Assembly (NCBI GenBank): GCA_030704615.1
Contig: CM060731.1
Coordinates: forward strand, 28,210,001-28,274,000
Direction: 5' to 3'
From: Takakia lepidozioides
Lineage: Eukaryota; Plantae; Bryophyta
DNA: 64,000 nucleotides
The position numbers and the translations under genes were made by a program. The number at the start of each line of letters is the position of its first letter. Within the stretch, counting starts at the first letter, position 1. Shown here one piece after another: positions 1 to 12,824 of the stretch. The notes under the pieces were generated by a model that saw only the letters and a list, made by a program, of their open reading frames with translations, did not search any database and had not been told where the DNA came from.

Positions 1-406
1 TCGTCCACCAAGACCTCCTGTCTACTGGCATCGCACAAGGAGACGTAAAACACTGAAGACCCCTCTATGTATCCATGACTAAAATCTTGCTCCAACTTGG
101 ACACATCCCCGGTCAGGGCAGGTCGAACGATTGGCATTGATATTAGGCGGCAGAGAGGGATCATGATCTTGCCTCCAGGTACCAGCATAGACTTGATCAC
201 CCGCGCGGAATTGACCTTCTGGTACACAAGGACCTTTGCCGCTCTTTCTTCGTAGAAAGGATCGTCTTCTTCAATAGGCTTCACAGTCACTTCTTCCTCC
301 TGTTGCTGCTGCTTCTCAAGCTGCAATCCTTTTCTTTTCCTCCCCTGCACCTCCCACAATTACAGCCTTTCCGTCATTCCACGGTTACATTTTCCTGATC
401 TGGCAC
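1..406 (-). pseudogene. Exon of ParB-like cargo gene, copy A (continues beyond window)
   Basis: Manual translation gives IPLCRLISMPIVRPALTGDVSKLEQDFSHGYIEGSSVFYVS, versus IPLCRMVSLPIVRQALPGDVDKLKFAFREGYRLGSAAFYVS in ORF 56018-56941. Acceptor cttgtag at about 407; one in-frame stop near 360. Not in the ORF track. Confidence 0.8.
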
Positions 407-415
407 CTACAAGAA

Positions 416-1650
416 TTGAGTGCGGTGGCGCACTCACTTTCGAGACTGACAAAGGATTGGAACAGACAAACATCAGTTCTCCAAAACTACACACATAACC
501 CTCCTTTCCTGTCAACCGGAATTGAGTGCGGTGGCGCACTCATTTTTGGACACCTTCCATGACATCTAAGAAACCATGCTCATCGCAGGCACTCAGTCAA
601 TGGCTCCTTTGTCACTTCCTCTTCCACATTGTGTACTTTCATTCTACAGGCAGAAACTGAGGCAGAATCTTCATTCTAGACATCATCAAATCAACCATCT
701 ACAGGTGCTCAAAAAACTGAGTGCGGTGGCGCACTCATTTCTGGGAGCCCTCCACTTTGTCCTGCTTTCTCTTGTGAGCACACCTGGGTCGTTATCTCTA
801 TCCACGAACCCTAAACCCTAAACTTATAATTTCTATGCTCATGCCTATCCACTTGTGTGAAGGCTATGTTGACAAGCTAAAAGGTAAGAAACTGATCAGT
901 ACTCTGTTTTGCCTAGCATGATTTATGCTTCACCATTGTTCATTCTTGGTCTGGGAGGAGAGGACCTCACCTCAGAACTGAGTGCGCCACCGCACTCAGT
1001 TTCAAGGTTATCGTTTCTGTCTATCTGAAAACTCAAAAGAGATCTCACTTTGAATGAAACACACTTTCTAACTTTCGTTTCACGTCTGTCATTTGCAAAT
1101 TGACCATTCTATGGTGATCCGAAACTGAGTGCGGTGGCGCACTCAGTTTGGGAGCCATCCATTATGTCTGCCTACTTCTGTTTTGAGTTCATTGGGCTCT
1201 TCACGTCTGTCCAAAAACATTGTCGATCACACCTCGGAACTATGTGCGCCAACGCACTCAGTTTCCAGGTTAGACATAATGTCATTCTCAGAACTCATAA
1301 GAGATCTCACTATGGAATAATCGCACTTTCTATCTATTGTTCACCTCAGTCAATAGCAACTCAATGATTCCATGGAGCTCATAAATTGAGTGCGGTGGCG
1401 CACTCAGTTCAGGGTGACCACTCCAGTGTCTCACGGACCTAAACTGTGAACATCACCTTCCTCTTTCCCTAATGCCCAAGCGATCGGCAAGCATCCAGTT
1501 GAAATGAGTGCGCCACCGCACTCAGTTTCTCCGTGTCCCTCTCAGGCTTCCGTTTCAGATCCTGCTGTCTCTAAGACTTAGTTATTCACCTTGGCCTACA
1601 ATGGAAGTGATAGAGCTCCCCTCAAAACTGAGTGCGGTGCCGCACCCACT
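416..1650. repeat. Dispersed array of about 9 palindromes ACTGAGTGCG-(GTGG/CCAC)-CGCACTCAGT
   Basis: Copies at about 416, 522, 716, 977, 1123, 1239 (degenerate), 1385, 1503 and 1626. Confidence 0.9.
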
Positions 1651-1731
1651 TTTCAGTGGATCTCTCGTATCCTATCTATGCACTTGGTACGACAGTCAAG
1701 CGAGATTCATGCAGTTTGGGAGAAGGATTAC

Positions 1732-1989
1732 CCTGGGTTTCATGACACCACTTCCCGATGCCTCTTCTTGCTGCGTCCTCACAGCTTCCTTTGGTGTCGC
1801 TTCTTTCTCACCGATGGTGGTGGTGTTGATGTCCATGTCATGCACAATGGTCTCCGGGGTAGTCTCCTCGCCTTCCATTCTTCCCTCCATTTCAGGCTAG
1901 ACCGGCTCTGTGATCTGTTGTGATTCGTGGGTTGACGTATCCTGTGCAACCTGCTCATCAGTGTTTTGCAGATTGCGCAACTTTCTCAT
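1732..1989 (-). pseudogene. Putative first (acidic, low-complexity) exon of copy A cargo gene
   Basis: ATG at 1989 (MRKLRNLQNTDEQ...), one internal stop, ends at GT donor gtaatc at 1731. Position matches the disordered N-terminus of the copy B cargo gene. Confidence 0.4.
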
Positions 1990-2293
1990 TCTGACTCGCG
2001 CGTTTTCCTCTCTCTCACACTCATGAAGTAAAGGGACTGCCTTCTACGTCTTCTTACCATGTCTTCTCTCTCACTCCCGCAGCTCTCCAGCTTGACTAAC
2101 AAACAATCGAGAAAGTAAGGAACCCTGTAAAGCCGTCAGTTATGCATGTGGTTAAGGACGTGCGTGTCTACCCTATAACCCCCCAAATGGATCGATCTCA
2201 CTGGCTGCGGCTTATTGGGCGCCCCTAATGCCATCAATAAGGCCGAGTTCTTCAAATGTGGATGTTTTCTGATTTGGATGAAATATTGCGCAC

Positions 2294-5200
2294 ATGAGGC
2301 ATGCCATCGCCCTATCATACACGGATTTTGCCTTCTTCAAAACGAAAACATACATAACATCAGGAACGCAATGTCCGCGTTCATCCGGCGTTGGATATTT
2401 CCTGGGTTCGGCACTCAATGCACTGTCCGGGTTCACGTTGTGGAACGCCGCAAAACACAAATTGGATTGCAATATCCAAGACGACACCGTCTTTTCGCGG
2501 TGGTGTGACACTGACAAAATAAACAGTTTGTTCCCTTCTCCATCAATTTGGCAACTGCCCAACTGTTTTGGCTGTGTGGTTCAATACCCTCACAAGTTAG
2601 TGGTTAATGGGTGGGGCCAGTTGTACAACTGCCTCTTGCCTTAGCAAACACTTTTGGGATTTGGCAATCGCCTCCAGAAGGTTTTTACCTGGCCATGTCG
2701 CACAGTTGTATTGGTACTCACCATCGTATGTTCACCACATGGCTTCTCCTAATGACGTGGCCTTCGCCGAGTTTCAGTATACTGAAGAGCTTTGCCCTTT
2801 CAGTGCCTCGGTTGAAGATGATGGTTTTGCTGTGGTGGAGGAGCATGTTCTGGCAGCAAGGTTCAAGTGTTACTGTCGAGAAAGTGATCTATGACTTGGA
2901 GGGAAACGTTCAAAGAACGTTGTTCCAGAAACCGCACGTTGTAGAGAAACACAAAGAATGGAGAGTTCTTCCTGGAAAATATCGTGTGTTCCGAAGCGAA
3001 AGGAGACAATCCAGTGGCTCCATTGTCACTCCTGGGACAGCTGCCTCTGTCGTTCAAGGAAAGCGGCATGTGACTGTGAAGCAGGACGGACACCACTTCA
3101 ACAACTTTTGTGACACTGTCGGATTCCTCGGATGATGAATTGGCAGAAATACTGGCTCCCATGAACAGTCTTCCTGAAGGGGACATCGATGTTCAGGAAA
3201 TCGTTAGCATCATCCCACATCTGAAAGCATTGTCAGGAAAACCAGGATCCAAAAATGAGATCGCAGGGATACTGTGGGATTCATTCGCAACAAAAAAGGT
3301 TCATTTCCTTCCACCTTCCTTCGACGGTGACATCCTCTTTGAGCTGAATCCAGCAACTTGTGTTGGGGGCCTCTCAGGTCTCTTGCAAGGAATGGATAAA
3401 AAGCATGATGGCCATCCATGGTGCAGAACCAAAACGTCCAATATCCACAACGATATAAACTTGACATTCAGAAGGAGCGTTTGTGTGGGGCATCTGAGAT
3501 GTGTGAATGTAAGTTGCGAGCGTTTCATGAAGAGCGGTGCTAAAAATGAGAGTGAGTGGGAAGGACTCTCCGACAATCCTTTTATCCCAGGCTGTGCCCC
3601 ACCGTCTGCCAGTACATTTGTTTGTAAGTTCTGCAAGGTGGCCCCCTCCTGCATTGCACATTGCCCTGCTCGCATGTACTACGTTACTCACTGTTGCAAA
3701 ACCATGACTCGAGCCTACATTCATTTTGGGACTCACGACCATCCCGTGTCTCACGGCGATTGCAGAGATAGTGTGGAGTTGGCGCGTGGGCTTGTCGTGG
3801 AGGAGTTTGCAAAGTCCCCTTCAACCAAACCATCTGCCAGAGCGTTGGCTGCCAGCAAAAGTTTCCTAGTGAGGCACATTCTTGGGCAGGGAAGCGAATG
3901 CAGCTCAAGACTTGAGGGGGCTTCTTTGGATGCAGTGATGGATCACTTCTCCGTGTTGAGCTCCCCCAATATTAGGAATCAGGTGAATGCATTGAGAGTG
4001 CGCGGTGGAAACACAGGGTCCATCGACAACATTATGGAGCTCAAGCGCATAAGTCAATATGACTTTATCCAATCTAGCGTCTTCCCGGGTCAGGGGTCTT
4101 CAAAGGTTTACTTATTCAAGATGTCTACGGTGGGCGAGGGCAGTGGCGTCAGCCTGGCCAGACGTATGCAACAAGGGGGGGATCTGGAGAAAGCCTGGCT
4201 GATGTTCGATCATTGCAAACGAGTGAAGGGCTGGACAACCATGTCTTGCCATGTTTACAACCCGAACTACCAAAGAATAATGACAATTGCCATCTGTGAC
4301 ATGCAGTGTGAAGATACAGAGTCCCAGATCATAATGTGAATTGTTTGCTTTCAGTCATGGAGTCCAATGGACATACATGCATAAATTTCAACGGGTTTAT
4401 GGCGGATAGTACACAGGCTAACTTCAACGCTGTGCGCCGAGTTTTTGGATCTGGTGATCCAAAGGTACCCATGCCTAATAGGGAGCGCACATGTCTATTC
4501 CACTGGACTCAGTCCCTGCAAAAACATACGAAGAAGTGCATCAGAAGAGATTTGCAGGCGGAGCATATGAGGCTCTGCTTCATGTACAAGAATGCGACTA
4601 CAATGGAAGAGGCTGAGACCATGTACCAGACAGTGAGAGCATGGTGGTTCTCGTCAGGGGCTACTGATCAGGACGGTGTCAAAGAATTGGAAGACTGGTT
4701 GGTCTTCTGGCACTTCAGATACAGGCAATGGGGGGCTTTCATAACTACTGTAAGTTGTCTTTCACCTCTGTAATCCCTTGTATGTGCCCAGTTTCTTTCC
4801 TTGTTCCAAGAACAGTCCGCGCTTGCATGAATGACGCTCTTTCATTTTTCTTTCATAGGACATGTCCCTTGAGGACATTGCGGACATGTCGTCCTGCAAT
4901 CTGGCAGAAAGCATTCACGCCACCTGGAAGCAGCAATCTGGCAAAGCAGGAAGAGATCTGTACATTGCTACAATAGATGATCTGGTACGAGCTCTAACCC
5001 AACAAACAAGATATCGTGACTTCCTCAAGGGGCGATGTGGGGGCAAGGGACCAGATACATCAGAGTTGATGCTGAGGGCTGCAAGAAGGTCCGGGGATCC
5101 AACGAAGATGGCAAAGGCAGTGAACAGGTGCACAATGGGCTCGCCTCTCCAATCAAGGGAGCCCCATCTGGAAGGAGAGGAAAGGTTCGGGACTTGCAAA

Positions 5201-6065
5201 CGCAAGCTAAATACACCTCCAGGATCAGATGGGGATTCATATCGCCATGACAGAGACAACTTCTCTGTACCCAAGATTTCTCCACTACAAAGCATGGCGT
5301 CCAGTAGGAAAGAGGCTGCTGGTGCTTCCTCTTCCACACAACTACCTGCAACCCCTGTAGTTGCGGATTTCCAGCAGGACCACAGGGGGGCAGTGCAGGA
5401 GTCACCTTGTGCTGACTCCGAATGGCACATCGAGCGAACTACTCCAGGGTCTAGAGTTGGCTGCGTTGCAGTGAGGGCCATTAGTTATGAAAAGTGTAAG
5501 TCCAGGATAGCCAAAGGCTCGGCGGGTACTCCAGCTCCGACGTTCACAGGTTTGATTCGGCCATATATGTCAAAGGAATCGAAGATGCACAAATTCTGGT
5601 TCTGCCCGGATGATATGGCTCGATGTGTGAATGGTACCGTCCGCGACTCCTGCATTGCTAAGCCTCCCCCACCAACCATTTGGCCAGTGCGGGTGGGAAC
5701 CTCCCTAACAGCACTAGAGATTGGCAAGTTGGAGCACGCCGGCTTTCGTCTGCACCGATCTGTGGCGTCGACTCTTGGTGGCCTTGCTGCTATGGTGCCT
5801 CCTCTAGATGATACTTCGCATCCCACGAGAAGGAATGGCAAAACAGTGCATTGGGTGGCTTCGGGGCCTGATCACAATGCGAAGGTGGAATCGGCCAGAC
5901 TACTTCAGGCTCGGGTAACAGGAACTATGGAAGTACCTTCACCTGGGTATGGACGGGTTTATACTTTGGTCACATCTGGGTCTGTTTTGCACGACAGGGC
6001 CTATCAGGTGACGGTGGGAAATTTTCCGGGGTGTACCTGTCCTGACTTCGTGTGCATGCGTGAGG
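2294..6065 (+). pseudogene. Mutator-like (MULE) DDE transposase with GCM/WRKY-like Zn domain and C-terminal SWIM finger, frameshifted
   Basis: DGHPW..CVGHLRC.N..C..CKFC..C.ARMYY..HFGTHDHP; WLMFDH, GFMADS, TCLFHW, NLAESIH (D,D,CxxH,E); SWIM start CTCPDF then truncated. Frameshift at about 4336; GT-AG intron 4750-4858. Confidence 0.85.
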
Positions 6066-9000
6066 AAGCTGCAACTGCCTTCTTGGCAAAGTCATCAGTG
6101 GGTGTGGACTGTGGAGTCTGAATGTGATGGTGTGTCCAAGTTGCATGTGGTGTTGGAGCAAGAGACAATCTGTGGAGACTTTGTACTTAATTCTGTGTTT
6201 CTATCAGTGTACCAAATTTAGGCTACCGGGCATATTAGTGACAGTCCAGATTACAAATGCAGGACGGACTCAAGAGGGCAAAGCCTGTTAATTGCGTTTA
6301 AGATCTTTGTGCATCTCTTTCTATGACAAGGAGGGGGGACATATGAGTTGGTCTCTACCTCTCAGCAGAGCCCATCAAAGCCATTGTACTCCTTGTTTGT
6401 GAGGTTCGGTAACAACATTACTGCTGTGACAGGTCCCCGATTGAGACAAGCAGGGAGGAACCAAAGGGTACGTACCGTGGCAAGGAAGAGAGTATAACTA
6501 CAACTTTACTTCGGACAAGGCGGGAGGCTGTCTGGCAAGGATTCAGAGGGGGTCTGACTGAGGAAGAAGCTGAGGGCTATACCCTACTGTATTTGCCTAA
6601 CAATGTGACTGTATTTACATCCAAAGAGGGTGCTGTGGGCAAGGACTTTGCTTTTGATGTGACATGAGTGGTGAACAAGTGCGAGTGATGTCTGATTGGG
6701 TCACTGACCCTGCATAGAAAAAGAGGAAACGGCAGAGGCAGCATAAAATGAGACTTTCATAAAATGGTCTGCCAGCAGTTACAGATCAATCTGCTTTTCT
6801 TGGTTCTCTTTTCATTCCAGTCCTTTTCAATCTCTGTTTCTTAGAGGAGATTTGGTTATTATGTTGAGTGTGGACGCTCTTCTGTTTTTCTCTTGTTCTA
6901 CTCTGTCGCATTTGCCACTGGCTTTACTGTGGAAGTAATAAATTCTTTCTCCTTTCTCTTGTCGCTGCACCTACTTCACGGTCAGATTGTCCTCTTCTGT
7001 GTACAATCATAACTTTAGGTAGTTGAGTTTGAATAAGTTTATAGTTTTGGCTTATGTGGTAAAGATTGCAGTGGTTTTTGCATGTGCTCATTTGTAAGTA
7101 GTTCATAGATGGCAGTGCTGGGGTTGACAACTGGACAAGGAAAGCGTGATGAATATTGTGAAGCTGATTGACAAAAGCAATGGCTATGTCTTTGCTGGGA
7201 TTGAGGGAAATATCAACAAGTTTAACAAGATTGCAGGTGGTCCTTTAAGTTGGGATTATTACAGATATCCTTTATTTCTTTCCCTCTTTCCCTCTTTCCC
7301 TCTTTCCCTCGGTGTTGAGGGGGTGTGTGAGAGTGTACTCATGGACTGTTCCCGTAGACAGTCCTTGCAGGTCTCAATCCTTGTCAGCCATTTGTGTCTA
7401 CAAATAGTAGATGCAGCCTAAATTGCCAGGGGGTTGCCAATCAGCGATTGTGAGTCCTCTACTTTGTACACATGGGCACTATCCATCAGAAAGTGAGGCA
7501 GTGTAAATGGCCTGTCTGAGAGAGAGAAAAAAAAATTAAAAAAGAAAAGGAGCATAATGTTTATGGGAAGCTCAAAGAGCTTATGGGACAGGAGAAAGCA
7601 CAGGACAGACGTGTGGTAGAGAGAGAGGAGAGGAGGAGAGATGTATACATGAGATATTGCTTACCATATCGTTATCGCGATAGACCCCCTTCCCTGTTTG
7701 GATGAAGTGCGCATGAAGGGGAGCATAGGGGGCCCAGTCTCTTTGCAGAATGTTTGCTGCAGTAGTGACTCACGTTTCGGTTCTGACCTTCCAGATTTAC
7801 TAGAGTATTGCTCCCGGAAATCCGACCCAAGGAGGGAGCGTCTGGATTTGTCTCAAGCTTCTCTAACTGAGCAAAGGAGATGTAGTGACGGTCTGTTTGA
7901 TGCTTGCAAAGAGGGAATCTTACCCATTACAAAGCATCAGAATGTCCGCCATCCACCATCAATCCCTCAGATCGTACATGTGGCTTTTCTTTTCTAATGT
8001 ACTCTGGAGAGGTAGACAGCCTTTTCCAAGTTTTGAACTTAGTATCCAAGGTGGGGAGGACCTTTGGGTAGTCATTTAGCTCTAATTGTTTCTGAAAAAG
8101 TGGTAAAGTGCAGAGTAGATTTGTGTCAGCTTCAGCTCCTTCGCTTTGGAGCAGCAGGGCATGTAGCTTATGGAGCTTGGCCTCTACCTGCTCTTGAGAA
8201 GTCTTCCATTAGATATCCAAGACTTTGGGCTGTTCCACAAGTCAGTGCCGCGTCTTTATTCAAACGCGGTACCAAGATTAGTTCGTGGACGCCCTATTGG
8301 CGCATGCAATTCAACCAGTTGAATTGCATTTTGTATGCATTTCCCTCATATACCCAAGTATGTAGTTTGGAGGTGTCCTGGATCTAAGAAACCATCGCTT
8401 GCAAGTCCTTGTGTTTTATCATGTTTGCCTTGATGATGCAGTTTGGCACGTCAGCAGCAGTGCAAGAAAAGTACATGAAGGACAATGAGGTTGACAATGA
8501 CAAGGAGCCCTCACTCTCATAATCAAACGCCATCTCTGCAGACAAAAGGGTGCCGTCCACGCTCTTCCCAACTACTCCTGGGAAGACGATCCATACATGT
8601 GGGAGGAAATCAAAGACAATCTGTTGTAGGTGTTGCTGATAAGCCCACAACGTTGATTAGTTGCAGAGTGTGAATACCTGTCTTTCTTGTCTCCCCACTG
8701 TACATGGAGAAAACAGTCTTTAGTATATCTGCACTCTCCCTGTCATGACAGTGTGTGACGTGCTACCGTGATGGAGGCCCTTTGAACTGCGGCTCAATGA
8801 TGTTGATTGATTCTAACCTTTTTGGTTTGTAAATTGTTCCTCTCCATATGATTTGATCCTGGCCATCCACAATCGATGAGTATTCCAATTTGCAGAGGAA
8901 GCCATGCCGTTTTAGGTGAGGGAAAGAGATATACTGCTTCCCCTATAGCGTATGATTCCCAAAGAGACTCAGTTCTACATAGTGCAATCTTCCTCTCTTA

Positions 9001-10250
9001 TGTGTCTCAACAGATCTCAAAACATGATCAGGTCTACATCGTGCTTGTATGTGATTCTCAAGGAAGCTCAAATTTAATCAATCATGCACACCGCACTTCT
9101 ACTCTCTTGCAGTATGTGACAAGAGATTTGAAAGCTGTGTGTCTAGAAGGATACTGGGAAGGAACGTAAAACATCGTTGGCCATCGGATGGATTATGTAC
9201 AGATGACAGATATTGCATCCCATGAAACCCTAACTCCTCGTTCTCATTTTAGGGTTTGCTTGAAGACGCACGGCTATGGTGGCGACTAAATATGCTGTGG
9301 CAGCTCCACCCTCGACCTCTTTCGCATACGGGCATGTTGGGAAGGGGTGGGGCACATGAGATGTTGTAGTCTTTCGGGATGGTTGTGGATGTCTGAGCTG
9401 TCGGAGTTTGTGCTTAGCTCGATAGGGAGAGCTGTTTTGTTTTGTGTTTTGAGTTTTGACCGTGGTGTTATGGCCTCGTGGTATCTGGTGATGTGAGCGT
9501 GCCTTGTACTGCTATGACCGATCGCCTCGTTAGGAAGGCCCACATCAATTGGCCCGGATTTGCGACATGGGTTGGGCGCTTGGTTCCCATTCCATTACTT
9601 TCTACCGGACTACATTTTCTCTTGAAAGCCTCTGCGCTCGCAGATTTTCTGTCTCAAGTTCGCTTTGTCAACTCATTTCTAGTTTCTAGAACCTTGATGT
9701 CGTCTATCTTCTGAGCGTTCCGATCTTCCTCCTCTATCAGGTTTTCCCCGCTAGTCTGGAAAGGTTGAGGTGCTGTCATTTGTTGTTTGTGACGTAGATT
9801 AGTGGTCAATGCTAAACCTTAGGCCGAGGCTGGAAACTCTCGAGCGCAGTTGTAGGTGGTGCTGAGACCCTGCTTGGCAGGGAGAACCTCCTCAGCGTGC
9901 CCCTGCATTTCTGTGACGTATAAACTGATACTGAGGCCTTCTCTCCTTGCACCTTCTATGCCATCGTTTTTCTGTGTTGTGTGGTCATTGGAATGTGATG
10001 AGGAAGGTTGTCGCAGTCCGCGTGCACCTTGGTGCACCATGAGGATTGACTTACATTCGTCTGATTCCATTTCTATCAGTAATGAAGCTGGTATCTCCTG
10101 ATGGCTACCTCTTTGTGAGACTTATCTGGTTGGAAGTGAAGGTGAGAGGAGGGTTATAGTTGTTATGCTACTCTTTACAAATTATGCTGCTTCTGTTCTA
10201 TTTTATTGGGAAGTGACGATACATCTCGCTGTATCCGAAGGCCTGTGCCT

Positions 10251-10332
10251 GATCGGACTGACGTGCAAATCAAACGCAAATCCAGAGAGACGCCTATGTG
10301 GATTTGCGTTTGATTTGCACGTCAGTCTGATC
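10251..10332. repeat. 34-bp inverted repeat (hairpin), 14-nt loop
   Basis: gatcggactgacgtgcaaatcaaacgcaaatcca ... tggatttgcgtttgatttgcacgtcagtctgatc, 1 mismatch. Confidence 0.85.
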
Positions 10333-11644
10333 CCTCTTATCAAGATGCCGTCATATTGGATTGTTGGGTTATGCATGCAGCTTATGATGAAGAGAAAATC
10401 CGAAACCTACTGAAACCCTGACGTCAAATTATCACCATCTTTCGACTGAAGCTGTATTCAGATACCTGGATGACAATATTGCCTCTTTCTCTAGATCTTT
10501 GTGCTGTTTGAGGAATAAATTTTGTGAATGGGAGTTTTTGTCAGTCTTATGTATCTGAGACAACTAGGGTTGCATTGAAGGTAAGGCCGGATGTTGATAT
10601 ATACATAGACCTGTTCTGAATCCTATGGTGAAGAACACTTACATGCATCACCAACTGACAGCCTTTCCCTCCCACAGATGTTGTTTAGTGACCACAGCTA
10701 ACTATGTATCAACTGTGATTGACTTTATGATATAGGCATCCACTTTCTTATGCGAGCAAGTGAAGTCGAGAGATCTGTACCGATCCAGTTTGCACCTTTG
10801 TATAGAAAGTCGCGTGCTGGATGAAGCCCTGAACCTGTCTTCTCAAACATGCATCATCAATAAATACGGATAAAATGTTTTGTCCCGACTTACTTCGCTC
10901 TTCTCAAACATGCATCATATGGATAAAGTGTTGTTCTGACTTACTTCGCTTGTCAATTTCAAGAATCTGTACCACACTTCAGAAACCGTGTGGGCAATGC
11001 ATAAAATGTAAGTCCAATATTAGAAATTGATATCTGTGTTTTGTGCCTCTCAATTTTGAGGCTGGTCCAAGAGTTGCATAGGATGCTATCAAAGCAGCAG
11101 TAAATGACTACCAGACCGAGAGGAATAACAGAATAACATATCAACCAAGCAATAGGTATCTGGCTGATCCTATTGACAACTGACATGCAATGAGGCTGAA
11201 CCTTGGAGGCTGGCAAGAGTCTGGCAGTGGGCTGGGCTGCCCCAACTTGCTGCCCATCCTGCTTACAGAATACAAAAACGGCCATGCATGTTAGGTAATC
11301 CCAGGCCCTGGATACCCTACAGTCATCATGGCCCAGCCTTCAACACCCTCCCATCTCTGCAACTCCCTCTCCTGGTTGATTTTTTCCAATCCTCCACCTA
11401 CTTGCTCTCCATTTCTGTGTATGCTCATAAACCAAACCAGTTTATCCCAAACCCAGATCTGCTAGTCACAAACCCACCGTCCTTGGTCATCATGATCAAG
11501 GTCAAGAAGCTCTTAGCAAAGCCCCCCCCCCAGGATACATGTGGGTAAACACTCTTCCCCCCAAAGACCATAGAACCTGTTTCTTCTTTGACCCTCCACG
11601 GCCATCAAATGAGATCAACACCCTCGGCCTCTCCATCCCTCAAA

Positions 11645-11820
11645 ATGTTAATTAGCTTATCCTCATGGAACATAAGAGTCCTAGGGAGTGACCCTCACTC
11701 CCTCAAAAGGGTGAGGCTCGGGAACTGGCTACAGCCACTGCTCCGGCAGGATGCCATCATCTCCCGTCAGGAACATAAGTTAGATCCGCACAAAATCAAG
11801 CTATTAACCGCCCGCTTTGT
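11645..11820 (+). mobile_element. LINE ORF2 AP-endonuclease N-terminal fragment
   Basis: MLISLSSWNIRVLG...QEHKL matches the SWNVRGL...QETK start of L1 APE domains. Confidence 0.6.
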
Positions 11821-11827
11821 TCCTCAG

Positions 11828-12615
11828 GTGCTTCAATGTGGGCAGGGACGTTGTCCGACAGGCATGTGTTCGCCTTCGAGCCAGCTACTGCCCTCCACAA
11901 CTCGGAACTTGCAGCGGCTGAACGTCTGCCGAAAGAGGAAGAGGCATCCTCGGAGGATGAGGAAAAATCCGAGAAGGAGCAGGGGGAGGAAGTTGGGATC
12001 GAGGCCGAGGAGCCCCCGGTTTACGAGTGAGTGGTGGCATTGTAAGTTGCCTCCAGATTTCGTGAGGCACCTCCCTCCGCTCTCTTATTTCATTGAAAAC
12101 CCTTTCTGGTTGTGCTGGTATTGACATTCTTGAAGTGGATTTGTTCTTACTGTAGGATGCCAAGTACTGCCGGAGGGACGTCTACACCGGAGTTCATGGG
12201 CAGGAGGAACGTGCCTTTTTTTGCCAGGGGGGATTTCATGCCTAGTCCAGAAAGGGAGTACATCCTTCCTACTTATGCTGCCCGGCTTGCTTCGGTGTCC
12301 ATTAGGAGGTGTTCCGAACGTAGTCGTGTACAGCAGATTTTAGACGAGGCAAGCCTCAAGAAAATGAAGATGAGGGAGGAGACAGCAGCTATTAGAGCCC
12401 GTCGGGCTCGTAGATTTGTCTTGGATTCTGCTGAGGAAAGTGGGGGAGAAGACGCAGAAGATTCCCAGGAGGTGAGGTGGACAGTCCCCCAAGGAGAGGA
12501 CAGGATTTTTGAGAGGCATAATGGAACTGATGCATCACAGAGCTCGGAGGATGAGGGAGATGAGGGGGATGAGGAAGAAGGTGGGGCAAGTTCCTCGGAG
12601 GGTGTAGGAGAGTAG
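11828..12615 (+). pseudogene. Last two exons of ParB-MTase cargo gene (copy C remnant)
   Basis: ASMWAGTLSDRHVFAFE..EAEEPPVYE and RRNVPFFARGDFMPSP..EVRWTVPQGEDRIFE match 59839-60608, with the same intron position (tacga|gtgagt ... tag|gatg). Confidence 0.85.
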
Positions 12616-12755
12616 TGCCCATTCCGGCTATGACAGTTAGAACACACTTGTATAGACGTGGCTTGCCACAAAATTTGCAATAAAATGTTGCATTTCAAGT
12701 CCACTGGTGCCACATTCCAACTTCACATGACCCTATTTCCGTGGACTCACAATGG

Positions 12756-12824
12756 TCTGCTCATGCTTTTTTTTTTTCCGCTCATGCTCATGCCGCTCAT
12801 GAAATAGCAGCCCCCCAGTATGGC
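12756..12824 (+). mobile_element. MULE cargo-side terminus (...GCTCATGAAATAGCAGCCCCC, ends 12815) + 9-bp TSD CAGTATGGC (12816-12824)
   Basis: Terminal 21 bp identical to 63936-63956. The TSD is the reverse complement of 14761-14769. Confidence 0.85.

Larger units (their letters stand above)
1..6065. mobile_element. MULE-like element copy A (runs off the left edge; right end truncated): ParB-like cargo gene (-), palindrome array, transposase (+)
   Basis: Same divergent cargo/transposase layout as copy B, with clear protein similarity in both genes. No terminus is visible inside this span. Confidence 0.8.

Noticed and set aside
6070-10200. Possible retroelement or other TE remains (purine tract near 7680, coding-like stretches)
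   Set aside because: Too degenerate to assign; no diagnostic motif found.
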